This document shows, piece by piece, positions 1-12,000 of a DNA stretch of 64,000 nucleotides (the first letter of the stretch is position 1; the number at the start of each line of letters is the position of its first letter). The position numbers and the translations under genes are program-made. The notes beneath the pieces are model-generated. The model ran no database searches. It was given only the letters and a program-made list of their open reading frames with translations, and was not told where the DNA came from. Source of the stretch: Oikopleura dioica (Eukaryota > Animalia > Chordata); NCBI GenBank assembly GCA_907165135.1, contig OU015566.1:8680001-8744000 (forward strand). The letters are read 5' to 3'.

Positions 1-132
1 CGGACTACTTGTTCCTCGGACCAGGTCTTTCTCTAGAAAAGAAATTTGTTCAAGGAAGAAAAATCAACAAAACCAAACCTTTGGAATAGCGACACTAGCA
101 GCTCTTCTTGATGAAGAACAAATCTTTCGCAT
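1..132 (-). CDS. 5' end of a gene running off the window; possibly PTCD3/mS39-like mitochondrial ribosomal protein
   Basis: ATG at 132 gives MRKICSSSRRAASVAIPK, then a GT..AG intron, then RKTWSEEQVV. The N-terminus is R/S-rich like a mitochondrial presequence. VAIPKRKTW resembles the PTCD3 motif VVIPKKKTW as I recall it. Only about 28 aa are visible. Confidence 0.4.
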
Positions 133-302
133 TTCTCTACTTGCGAGTTTGATCTGGCTCATCCCTTTTTTATAAACAATCGCCCTCAAAAAAGAATTAA
201 TTTCTCGAAATGTAAATCGTCGCGCTACGCGATTGGCCAGATCGGGAAAGCGCGCAGCCAGCTATTTATTGAATTTCTCTTCACAATTTATGGGTCTTGA
301 AA
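133..302. promoter_or_regulatory. Short bidirectional promoter region
   Basis: 170 bp lie between divergent ATGs at 132(-) and 303(+). The region has a CpG-rich core (cgtcgcgctacgcg) and an ATTGG (CCAAT) box near 232. Confidence 0.4.
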
Positions 303-1889
303 ATGTACAAACTAGAGAAGAGAATCAAATTGGAAGAAGGGGATGATATTGAAAGAGCCGATAAGAAGGTAAAATAAAGCCTTACGGAAGTTTGGATGGT
401 TTTTCAATTACTCATCGAAATAATTCATTTTTCTTCAGATTGACGAGTTACATCGGACTCTTCACACATCAATCTGCCACATAAACTCTTTGCTGAACAT
501 GTCAAAACTTGGACTGGCAGACCTTGCCGAAGCTCGCGAAGAATTCAAAGTGAATTTCGAAAAAGAAGGAACCGTTACAGCCCAAATGAAAGAAGATGTT
601 GCGGAGAAAACTCAAATAAGCATTGAAGAAACTGAAGCTGAAATAACCGCAATCAGAAACGCACTCGATGTTATTCAGAACATAAGAGGTAATTTTGGTT
701 TCTTGTTTGTTTATTTCCGGGCTATTTCTTTTGTTGAGAATATTGTAATTACATCCAAAAAGGTAGGTTCTCTATTTTTTATCAATATTTCTTGTTCTTC
801 GTCTGCAGTATACGAGGGTTTGGAGTTGTCTTCTGGATAGCTTGATTCTTCATCTTTTCGATGACATCCAAGCCAGCACTCAGACTCGGGCGATAGGTCT
901 TGTGCCCCTTTACATTTTCAAGTTTTCTTCCTGCTCGACGAGTTGGTCCTTTCATTTTTTCTATCTTGTCTTATTAATAACATGGGAAGGGTTCCGTTTT
1001 TATGCATGATTTTCCCAAAAAGATGGCGCTGTTCGCGTGCCCAGGTGTCCGCCGAAACTCGGTCGCGGCATCACTTTAGTTTGACCAGGTCTCACTGGCA
1101 CCATCTAACATTTTCATGTGATTATCTTTTTAAGCTCTTCAAGAAGAAAGAAAGCTTCTGAGCAACGAGCCAAGAAATACTCGCCGAGGAGTCCTAATGG
1201 CTCAACTTCAAGAAGCCGCTAAATGCACTCCTCTTTGGATCGGCGGACCAAACGATCAAAAACCTCCTCTCTGCGGGGCACTTCCACCTGCGCCCAAGCA
1301 CGAAATCGTTGTTGGATCTAAAGTTGCAGCAAAAGTCGACGGTGCCGGAGAAAACGAGCCGCCAAACTGGATTTTGGCCAAGTTCGTGAGTTACGATTCG
1401 AACAACATGTGTACGGTTGAAGATATTGACGCAGTCGATTTGTCCAAGGCAAAAATCTCATTGCACAAGAAAAAAGTTCTTCCATTGCCTCAATGGAGGG
1501 CGAATCCTGCCGAAGATGGCGACGCTCTTCACGCTGAGGGAAGTACAGTAATGGCTCTCTATCCGCAAACGACTTGTTTCTATAAAGGTAATTCGCATTT
1601 TCGAGAGAAATTTTCATTTCAATTTTCAGGCGTTGTTGCATCAATTCCAGAAGGCCCAAGCGACAACTACATCGTTCTTTTTGAAGACGCAACTTATCCA
1701 AATGGGATGAGTCCACCAATGCAAGTCGCTCAAAAATACATCCTCCCATTCAACGACAGTAAACCAACAGCATCTTCTTCCACCACCAGCAGCTCCAAAA
1801 AAGGAAGCTCGAAAGCAGGATCCAAGGCAGGGTCAAAGGCGAAAAGCAAGAAAGACATTGCCATGTCGAAGGGAAAACGAAAGCGCTAA
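303..1889 (+). CDS. SGF29: SAGA-associated factor 29 (tandem Tudor, H3K4me reader)
   Basis: Exons are about 303-368, 440-688, 1135-1588 and 1631-1889. Motifs RRGVLMAQLQ..TPLWIG..PPLCGA, WILA, VMALYPQTTCFY and VLFEDATYPNGMSPPMQVAQKY are diagnostic of SGF29/CCDC101. Confidence 0.93.
782..955 (-). CDS. 57-aa basic ORF nested antisense in SGF29 intron 2
   Basis: aaaaaATG at 955 to TGA at 782 gives MKGPTRRAGRKLENVKGHKTYRPSLSAGLDVIEKMKNQAIQKTTPNPRILQTKNKKY. No homology recognised. Confidence 0.3.
   Translation of the reverse strand: MKGPTRRAGRKLENVKGHKTYRPSLSAGLDVIEKMKNQAIQKTTPNPRILQTKNKKY
981..1113 (+). ncRNA. Candidate intronic structured RNA (H/ACA-like)
   Basis: A TGGGAA..TTCCCA hairpin is followed by an AAAAGA (ANANNA) hinge, an AGATGGcGC..GCaCCATCT hairpin and ACA-ttt. 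It forms a GC-rich island in an AT-rich intron. Confidence 0.3.
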
Positions 1890-2005
1890 TTTTCACTGCT
1901 GCTCCTTCTCTTTACTGCCGATAGAGTATTTATTTAATAAATAATTATATGAATATTTATTCATTAATGAATAATATTCAAAAAATTTAAAGCATTAAAT
2001 TTAAG

Positions 2006-3353
2006 ATGAGCCAATTGAGTCTAGCAAATGAATTCGAAGAGCTTGATTGTACTCAAGACCACCAATTTCCACGATCCGTTGAGGCCAGCCATGAAGTTTC
2101 GACGAGTAGAAAAAGAAGTAGCAAGAGACAAAGAAGTTCGAGTTATCAGCGAACTGAACAATCTGTGGAAACAATAGACCTGACAATGGACGAATCAAGC
2201 TCAAGTGATAGCGGCACCGCCACTCCAGTAGAAGTTGCCACCCCGGAGGAACGAACATCTCCCGAAGAGCCAAAATTGATCAAGAAAATGATTGATTTCG
2301 TCGACTCCAAAGCATGGCTCGAAGATGTGTCAGCGCCAGTCGCGAAAAAAACCGAGGCGGAAAAAGAATGGGTCATCGAAGCAATCGTGAACCATCGCTA
2401 CGTAGAAAATGAAATAAAATATCTGATCAAATGGAAAAACTGGCCCAGCAGTTCGAATAGCTGGGAGCCGCTTGAGCACATGAACTGCAACATAATGATT
2501 GAAGAGTATCATCGTAGGTATTTTTGAAATTTTCGTCTACCATGATTTGGTTTTAGAGAAACACCGAGCAAAAGCAGAAGAGTTCAATAAACACTTCTCC
2601 CGTCGGCAAGAAGACACTGGATTTGGCCGGAACATGAAACCAGAACGCATTCTTGGGTTTTCCGATGAATACGCTGACTTGACGATTCTGATTAAATGGT
2701 AGGCCAACTTAATTATATGGATAACTGGTTTATCAGTACCTTTTTAGGAAATCACCTCTGAGTCAGAAGAACAATTTTGTCGACCACGTTTCTGCTGATG
2801 AAGGATAGGTTATTAATTGAAATAAGAGTCTCTTGATATTAAAGATACTTTTTGAAAGCTTATTGCAATTATGTGAACCTTTATGAGTCTATGAAAAAGC
2901 TCCACAGCTCATCTTCGACTATATGGAAGAATTCATTGACAATCAGTTTTCTGAAGACGACGAAGATAATCAAAATCATAAACCTAGGAAGCCCAACAAA
3001 AATCAGAAACAGGCGAATGAAAATGATGATGAATCGGCTCAACGCTTGAACAAAGAAGAATTGAAAGATCCGCTAATTATTGGATGCATAAGGAAAGATT
3101 ATGAGAACTACTTTGTGCTGAAAAAGTAAGCGGTTGATCAAAGCTGCTCGAGCTTATTTTTATTTTCAGAAAGTACGACACTTCAAGCGACCGATTCCTC
3201 GTAAGGACTACTGACGCTTACCAATTGTACAAGAAAGTATGTCTTATTCATTTGCTCATGTCCTCATTCCATGTTTTAATTCAGGCTGTCTTCGTCTATT
3301 TCGAACGAAACCTAGTGCGAGACTGGCCAGAAGTTCCCAAAGAAGAGGAGTAG
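2006..3353 (+). CDS. HP1/CBX-like chromodomain protein with two chromoshadow-like domains
   Basis: Chromodomain: WVIEAIVNHR..YLIKWKNWPSSSNSWEPLEHMNC. First chromoshadow: GFGRNMKPERILGFSDEYADLTILIKW..VYEKAPQLIFDYMEE. Second chromoshadow: DPLIIGC..YFVLKK..FLVRTTDAYQLYKKAVFVYFERNL. TAG at 3351-3353. Confidence 0.8.
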
Positions 3354-3501
3354 TTTTTAGTACATCAACTGCTGCCATATTTAACTTCCTTTTTTATCAC
3401 CGACTGCCATTTATACTGAATAAGACACGACACATATTCAGAATTTTTTTTTATATTTCTTGTAGTTATATATGAATAAAATTCTCACGAAGATATTTTT
3501 C

Positions 3502-5280
3502 TCATTTAGGCAGAGTTCCGATAATAACGTTTTTCTGCTCATTTTGTGCTTTTATCATTTCTTCTCTTCTTTTGTGGTCTTTTTCCTGAATGCAAATAGC
3601 GGTAGATCCGGCTAATTAGAAAGATTGGACTTACCCGTCTTCGCTGCTCCTTGTAAAATTCTGAGAAGTTGTTTACAATAATCGGAATTGGTAGTGCGAT
3701 CACCAGAACTCCTGTTATACAACAACATGCACCCACAAGCTGAATTCTTAATGATAAAAGCTCCTTTGGGAAAGGGTACCTTCCCCAACACAGTTTGAGG
3801 ATACATATCTCCGTATCCGACTGTAGTCATCGTAATTGTTGCCCACCAAAAACAAGCAGGAATAGACGAGAAAACGGTGTCTTCCTTGAAACTGGCTAAC
3901 GACAACCGATTATTTTGGATACCTCATTTTTCTCGGCAAAGTACGCCAATGAGCTAAATATCATAATCGTGATCGTCAAGAAAAGCAACAACAGTCCAAG
4001 CTCGTCGTATGATCGCTTCAGCGTGTAGCCAAGGCTTTGCAAGCCAGTACTGTGTCGTGCTAGTTTCAGAATTCGAAGAATTCGCATGATTCTAAAGACT
4101 TGAACGATGCGCCGGACGTTGTTGAATTTTAGCATCTCTTCGTTCTGAGTTGTCATCAGCACAGTTATATAATATGGAAGGATCGCTATAAGAGGCGTAA
4201 GAGTCGTATCACAGGATCATATTTTACCGAGAAGATCGATGCAATTGAGAGGGCCTTTCAAGAACTTCATTTTTGTCGGAGAAGCGATGAATCGAACGAT
4301 GTACTCCATCGTAAACCAAGCTAAACTGATTTCAATTGAAGAAAACCGAGAAAAAATGACCAATGCAAATCGACTCAATATGATTCAGCTCCGCCAAGTT
4401 CTGAAATTCCTTCATAGTGTTCATTGACAGCGCAACTGTCGACAAGACAATGAAGAGGACTGAAACGATCGCCAGAATTTTCGCTGCAAAGGAGCTTTGC
4501 GGTTGTTCCATCAGATCCCAAAGCTTCTTTCGCTGTCCAGAAAATGCGACGTTTTCGTGGCCCTCGAAAGTCTTGTCGCTTTCTTGATTTTCTACGTGGC
4601 TGACTTCTTCGCGGAGCTGCTCTTTTTTGTTATGATAGCGAGCTAGAAAGCAAAAAGTCAAAGACCGATCGAGATTTCGTTTTGAAACCTTGACAGCATC
4701 CTTCCAAATAGATATCATTAATTCCCCAAAAAGCCAGCTCATCTCTAAAATAAATTGGGCACATGTCCTCCGGCATATGAAGTTTGAAAGTTCTGTAGAA
4801 ATTGATGACAGCGTCGAAAGCGCCACAATGCCTGTCGAAGAACATTTCGTTAGTTTCTTCATTGAAGTCATCAACGAGACATTTCAGTTCTTCTATGCAC
4901 TCAGTTTCTTTCAATCTGGCAAGACGAGATGTAGGACAGTTGTCGATTATTTTCCACGGAACTTTGTAAATATACCCTACAAATGAAAATTTCTATAGCA
5001 AACAGTGTTAATGAATATTGATCTTTTACCTCCAACATTTATCTTGATCATTTCAATTCCAAGGATCTTCTGTCGTTTTCTCATCCATGCCCGCTGCTCC
5101 TCGACGACGCCATAAATCATCTGCGGCGAATCCAGCAGATAATTATCTTCTGGCTCTGCCCGTGGAGCTCGCTCTGGTCCAAAATGGTTGCTGCTGAATT
5201 CATTTTTTTAGAAAACAATTGAAAAACTACCGTGTTTTTAGTTTCTCAAAAGCCCACTGCCATTTTAGAATAAAAGTCAT
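3502..5280 (-). CDS. KCNB: Voltage-gated K+ channel, Kv2/Shab family
   Basis: T1 domain (INVGG, FFDRH..F..VINFYRT), S4 ([23 protein letters not shown]), pore [12 protein letters not shown], and S6 [18 protein letters not shown] with the Kv2-type PIP. Multi-exon; the start codon is tentative. Confidence 0.9.
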
Positions 5281-6065
5281 TATTTTCGCCCTTTTTCGTC
5301 TTCTCGTATTTGACTAGGCTTTTGGAAATCAAAAATTCTAGCTGCAATTTTCTCGTGAATAGAAAGTTCAATAGCCCACCTTTTTGCCCTTCGAGTGCGA
5401 AGGGATGATGATTTCTGAAGCAACTTGGATGCCTGAGTAAGTGGCTTTTTCAAAAGGTCAAAATGAATGAACCGCAACTGTGATCCCTTCTCAGGGGCCA
5501 TAATAAGGAAATGATCGATCCTAATTAAAATCTGTGGAAAACGACAACATATTTCGTTGGGCCGAATATATAGAGCTGGTAAAATGGTATAAAGCTGTTA
5601 ACGATAGTTCAACCTCTTTCCAATTTGTGCAATCTGAGCATACTTTTTCTCTGCTGAGTATCTGAGGGCATTTCTATGTGTAAAGTTTTTCTTTCGATCT
5701 TTTAGCTGAAAGAAATGGCTGCGTGAGGTGCAAGTTGAAAATGCGATTTTCTTTCGATTGGCAGGTGATTATTCTCCATTATGAGGAGTGGAGCACAATT
5801 ATTCCCTACTTCAGGGAGCACTAATAAATCCATGTGTCGAGTTCGGAGCGTCGGCCAGCATGCATATGAATATCAATATACAATTTTGTCACCCCTGCTG
5901 CACATATGCGTTCATTCGATTTCCGGTAGGTAAAATCGCGGTTTATTTAGAGCTTGTTTGTACAAAATTTATATAATACAAGAAATGTTTTGAGGGAGGC
6001 AGAAAGGAAAGATAGAAATTTTCTGTTTTTTTTTGTGATTGAATTTAAATATGCTGTTAGTTTAT

Positions 6066-9000
6066 TTATTCGCTGTCAGATGATTCCATCGGTTGCTGTT
6101 TTTCGCGGCGCACTCGATAAGGGCTCTAAATTGGGAGATTGAAACCCGGTTATTCAAAAAATGGACTTACTCGTTCGTGATGTAAATTTCGAACACCTCC
6201 GGTAAGCGTTTCGCGGGTTTCTTCGACTGTCCTGTGAGTTACTGTTTTGGTGATTGTTGTGATCTGAGATTTATATCAGAAAAGTAAGTTGAAGATTATT
6301 TACCTCTGTATCGCCATCTTGTCTGGTTTTGACATCAGTGTCAACATGTTCATCTTTATGAATATTCGACTGGACGTCATGTGACATGTATTCTTCCTGT
6401 CCCTTTAATTTTGTTATTGTATGCCTTGGAGATTTTTTCTTACTCTGTAATGCTCTTCAACTTCTGAGAGAACGCCTTCGTCGCTTCTGAACTGCTTCGT
6501 GACTTTCTTGGTTGTGATCTTTTTGACTTCGGGATTGACGTTCACGTCGACGACTGTTCTGAGAACCTTGTTGCCGGACATTTTCAGGTCTTCGGAGAGA
6601 ATGGTAGCTTGCTGAGGTCGACCACTGATCGTCACTTGGTTTGACTGAAATTTTCTTTTGCAAAAATAGTTATTTTAAAGTTCTTACAGAATGCTGCTGC
6701 ATAATATCAGGCGAAAAAGTGCCGATCGGCGAACCAAGATCAGACGGAAGATCGATATCCGAGTTGCCAGTATCCGTGGTGAATCCACCCTAGAGTTATA
6801 ATTAGCTTTAAAAATATTTGAGAGTCTAACCTTAGAGTGAGTTGTCCACGTCTTGTGCTTTTCGGATCTGTAGCCGGCGTCGGTGGTGTTGTCAGTTTCC
6901 TCAACCTCGATATTGTACTGTCCTTGTTCGCCTTGCCAAGTCGAGTGGGAAGCTAGGGAGCTCTCAGAGCCCATGACAACAGCTAAAACATTGATAAAAA
7001 CCACAATACTGATCAAAGTTTGAATCTTCTATATTTTTTCTACTCTAGAACGAAGGTAAATTTATTCTTGTCCTACAATGAATGAAATCTTAGAGACCTC
7101 TGATAAGAAAAACTACTGTAGTTATGTACATGTATAATTATGTAATATTTTATGTATAAAAACGATGCCGTCAATATCCATTAACTTACTTGATGGAGGT
7201 CTGGAGCCTCTACCAGCCATTGGTTTGATCCACATTCTTGCTGTTCTCATCTCACCAAGACCCCATAGGTTTTCTGCTCGAACCGTGTATCGATATTCCG
7301 TGTTCTCAACGAGATTTTCGACGAAGAGGGATCTGTGATCTGGTCCCGGAAGTGGAACGATCATCGGTGGAATTCCAGAATCTATGAAAATTTTATCACC
7401 AGAAAGAATTGATTGGTACTTACGCTCATCGATTGTATGGTATTCAACGACGTAGGATGTAATTTCGCCGTGGCAATGGGTTGGCTCACCCCAGTTGACC
7501 TGCAGAGAAGTGGGAGAGAGGAGCTGGAACGCCAATCTCGATGGTTTTGATGGCGCTAGAATCATTTAAGGCATGTAAATAGCAAGATTTCTTACGTAAT
7601 CCCGGAGTCATGATCGTGATTGTTTCCGAAGTGGCGCTGTTACCAAACTGGTTGATCGCAGCGATCATGATCTCGTACTCAGAGCAAGGATCCAAATCAA
7701 GCAAGACGACCTTAATTGTCAAAAACTTTTGCATGAAATTCTTCGCTTACATTTTCTTCATCGCCAGAAACTTTCATCAGCTTCACCGACTGCCGAGATG
7801 TCTTTGAGTAAGTAATTTGATACTCGCGGACATAGCGCTGGAAATCCCACATGACAACGCATTGCGTTGCGTGGACTTCGGTTTGAATGTTCGTCGGGGC
7901 ATCCACTAAAGTCAATGATAAAATATATAAATTGTTATAGAAGATATTAGTAAGAAGCTTTTTCGAAACAAAACATATCCTGCTGCCTGCTAACTGAATC
8001 TAAAATTTTTGAATTTCTTTATAGTAAGAGAACATACAGCGATCTTCAATGAGTTGCATCTGAGTTCTAGCGATGCTCTCCGATGTCTTAGCGTCGGAAA
8101 TATAAACCCAGCAAAGAGATCGTTTCTTTGGAATCTTGTCGATGAGTGGAACCTCGATATGAGCTTTTTGTTGGCCATCCTGAAGACAGTTTTTCATAGA
8201 AATAATAAATCGAGATAAATACCTTGAAAACAATGAATCCAGACGCCCAGTTTGGTGGCTCCTCTCCTTCATTCTCTGAAACTTGATCATCAGAATCCTC
8301 TTCGTGAATCTTTCTCGACCATCGCGTGTGCCATTTGAGTGTCGATACACCAGAGGTAAATCTTCTTTCAACTGGAATGATCGCCATCTTCTCGGATAAT
8401 CGGTAGGTCAGGTATTTTTCAGAAAACACGAATTTTTCTTCGGCAGGGAGGAGTTTGACGTAGCATTTTTGATTAGTTCCAAGCGAACACTTTCCTTGCG
8501 GCTCGATGAGGACAACCTTGAACTCGAGGAAATCGTTGGCGTCAAGTTTGGTATTTGCACAAAGTGGGACTTCTATCGTCTTTTCTTCTTCGCCATCGTC
8601 GAAGAGAACGATGCCCTGAAAATGAGTCTTTCTTGAATCCTTTCTTTTATTTACCTTTGTGTCAACATAATGGACACCAGCCTTGGCCGTGATCTCCATC
8701 GTGTTCCAGAAACAACCGACTTTGCCATCGCGTCCATTCAGTCGCTTGACATCAATCTTCGCGATCTTCTTGTCAAGATTTACTTCGATTCTGCCTTCAG
8801 AGAATGTCAAGCATCCCGGATCTAAAGGGTTGGTTATTTACTGATTTTCTCAAGAAAATCACGGCAAATCAGAAAAACACTCAGGGTGGAAAATCTGTCT
8901 CTCCTGCAGTACATCTCTGATCTGCCTTCTTTAATTTGAGATTTTCACTTACAGATGTCGTCGAGCACTTTGAAATCGACTTCAGAAATCCTAAAAAAAA

Positions 9001-12000
9001 TATTTAATTTTGTATTAATTTTGATTTTCTTACAAAGAGTTTTTATCAACAATTTGGAGTTTGACTGGAACAGACTTTGACTTGATAGATCTATCAAAGA
9101 GCGTGATTTGGACAAGCGCCGTATCCTGACCAGGCGCAAACTGCAGCTCGCCAGTTCCCCAATTCTGAGGCGGCTGAATTAAAAGTTTAATATTCAAAAT
9201 ATTTTCGCTCGAAGAATTCTACCTCAGCCATAGCAATTGCTTGCCATTTCAGTCGAAGACCATCCTGCGTTGATCGTCGTTGAATTTTAATTGTAGCGAC
9301 TCTTTCCGACATCTTGTAATCTCGGGCATCGAGAATTTCAATATCATTGAGAGTGTTGAACTCGACGAATTTGGAGTATCTACTCTTTCCACGCCTGTTG
9401 ATGGCAATAACTCGAGCTTTGTACATCGAATCAGGAGACAAGCCACCGATAACTGCTGTAAATTCATCGTTTGAAACGATCTTGGACTTTTCTCGACCAG
9501 TACGGAAGTCTCGAACAGCCACTTTGTACTCTCCCACGGGACCACCAAGTCTTGGCTTGCTCCAATTGATTCTGACTTCTCTGCTTGTGATATCGCTGAC
9601 GGAGATTTTGCTTACTCGGCCAGGGATGCCTGTATCGTTCACGATGGTTATCGATATTTCTGCAAGAATCTCTCCTCCAGGTTCGCCGATATACAGCGCA
9701 TTCTTCTCCTTCATTGTGATCATGTCAGCGTTAAGCTTGATCGGCAACGACATGCTTTTGACTCCCTTGTCGAAATTGATGACACCAGAAGAAAGAGGTT
9801 CAGGCTCGTCAGAGTTTGACAAATCAGAAGACTCATTCTTCGGCATATGGATGACTTTCCTCATCATGCGCCACGAAAGAGTCGTCTGGAACTCAGTTGT
9901 ATTTCGAGTTACTGTGATTTCAGCGCGTCCATCAGACGAGTTAAATTCGTAGTCAGATTTGTATGTCAAGGTTATTGCTGGCAAAGTTTTGATTCTCACT
10001 GGAAGTGGTGGTGCTTTGTTTCCCGCAGAATTACGCGCGATAACAGTGATGTTATACTTCTTGTCCGGCTCTAATTCGAGACAGCACGAAGTCACTGTTG
10101 ATGGTAAAACGTGCTCATTTCGCTGATTTTCTTTGCCTTCTTCCCAGTAGAGCACGACGTACTCACTTGGAGGTCCACCAGTTTCAGGCCTCTGCCATTT
10201 CACTTCTGCTTGCTGGTCGGCAACAAGGTTGGCAGATTGATGAAGCACCTGGCCAGGCGATTCAAGATGAGAGCCCACGTGAACTTCAGTAACAACGCAT
10301 GGACCAAGAGTATCTCGTCCAGTAACGCCGGATAGAGTCAAATTGAAGACAATTGGTTTTCCAGAAGGATCGTTTTCTACTGCCAACTGGATGTTTGTTT
10401 CCTTATCACCAGGGCGGAAGAAGGCTTTGCCGCCTTGAGGACGGTAGAGAGCATCAGATGGATTCACTGGCGTTCCAAACCATTCAACAACAGTTCCGAA
10501 CGCAGCTCCTTTCGATCTAATCAGTGCGATTTCGACGAGATCCTTGCTCAAGTCAACTTGGTAGGACTGTCGTTTGAATTCAATCAGACCCATTCCAATG
10601 TCGTTGAGAACCTTGAAATGGCAACCTCTTAGTTTGTTGTCAATAATAGCTTGTCCGGTCGGGTCTTCAAGAACAAGGTCGATTTCTTCGACAGGAGTGT
10701 TTGGATTCGGCTCCGAAGGCATTGGCATTTCAATGACAGATTCGTACTGTCCTTTTTCGAAGATAACTTTTCCCTTGACAGTATTCCACGGCGAATTGTG
10801 ATCAGAAGAGCTAACATGCCAGGGAACTTCGATGCGTTCTTGAGCTGTTTCTCGTCGAGCGACGTGTAGGAAGCAACGTTTGTTGCTCTGTTTGAATTCT
10901 AACTGGCCCTGTGTCGTTGGTTTCATGGAAACGATGCTTCGTTTTACATCATTGGCAATGTTAATTCTAGCTTGGCGTCGTCCAAGTGCAATCTTTTTGT
11001 CATCAAGTGAAATTTGAATATCGAAGGAGCTTTGCTCAGACATAACCGGGTCTTTTTCCAAGAAGATCTTGATTAATGCAACCCCTGAGGAGTCGGAAAA
11101 CTCGACGAAACCAGAGAGACTATCATAAGCTCTGCTACTACTGCTTGTTTTCCAGGCAACCGACATGAGGGCAGAAGTCTGGATTGATCTTCGGACAGGA
11201 ATTTCAATAACACCAGCAGATTGTTTGAAGAAAAACTCGCTTTCTCCAAGTTCTACCGTAATTGGAGCTAAAATATAGTTTAATTTAGAAAAACAAATAA
11301 ATAAAAATGTGCTGGTGCTAGCGTGCTTAAAACGTGATATATAATAATTATCGCCAGTAGCTCTAAAATAATAAAGAAAATAGTAATATTGACTTACAAA
11401 CATCATTCAAGATTTTCACAAAGCATTTGTTATTTCCCAATTTTGGTGTGACTTCTGAAGATTTTGGATTCGCCAAAGTAACTTCAAGCATTTCAACGGG
11501 CTCATCAATTTTCGGCTCTTGGCTAAGTGGAATAGGGATTTTGACATGATCCATCTGCTCTGGAATTTCGACTGTGCCAAAGTCGCCCTTGTCCGTCGAC
11601 CAGTCGCACTGCACCTTGCAGAATTCATATCCAGAGCGACGAACCATCACTTCCACAGTTTTGTCAGACTGCTTGCATTCCGCTTTTGAAGTTGGGAATT
11701 CAATCTTTGGTGGCTCCAAGTCATTCTCAATTTGCAAAATGACAGTGTTGCTGGTACCAGAGATGCAGGGCATGCATTCGGATTTGGCTGCGCCAGGGTC
11801 GCAAAGTGAAACAGTGACGATCGAATAAGGTTCAGCGAGTGGCTTTTGTGGCAGTTTTAGTAACACGACACCATCGACTTGGTCAGACTGGAAGGTAGCG
11901 ATACCGTCCGAATTGAGTCCTGCCATTTGAGGTGGACCATCGATCTTCCATTTAACCCAAGAGACAGTGTCGACTCGGCCAGTTCTTTCCAGTGGCAATG

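Noticed and set aside
975-1125. Telomerase RNA, SRP RNA or RNase P/MRP
   Set aside because: I found no CTAACCCT template and none of the conserved boxes of these RNAs.
3560-3590. Frameshift in the last Kv2 exon
   Set aside because: Recounting the A-run gives an in-frame [10 protein letters not shown] after the phase-0 intron.
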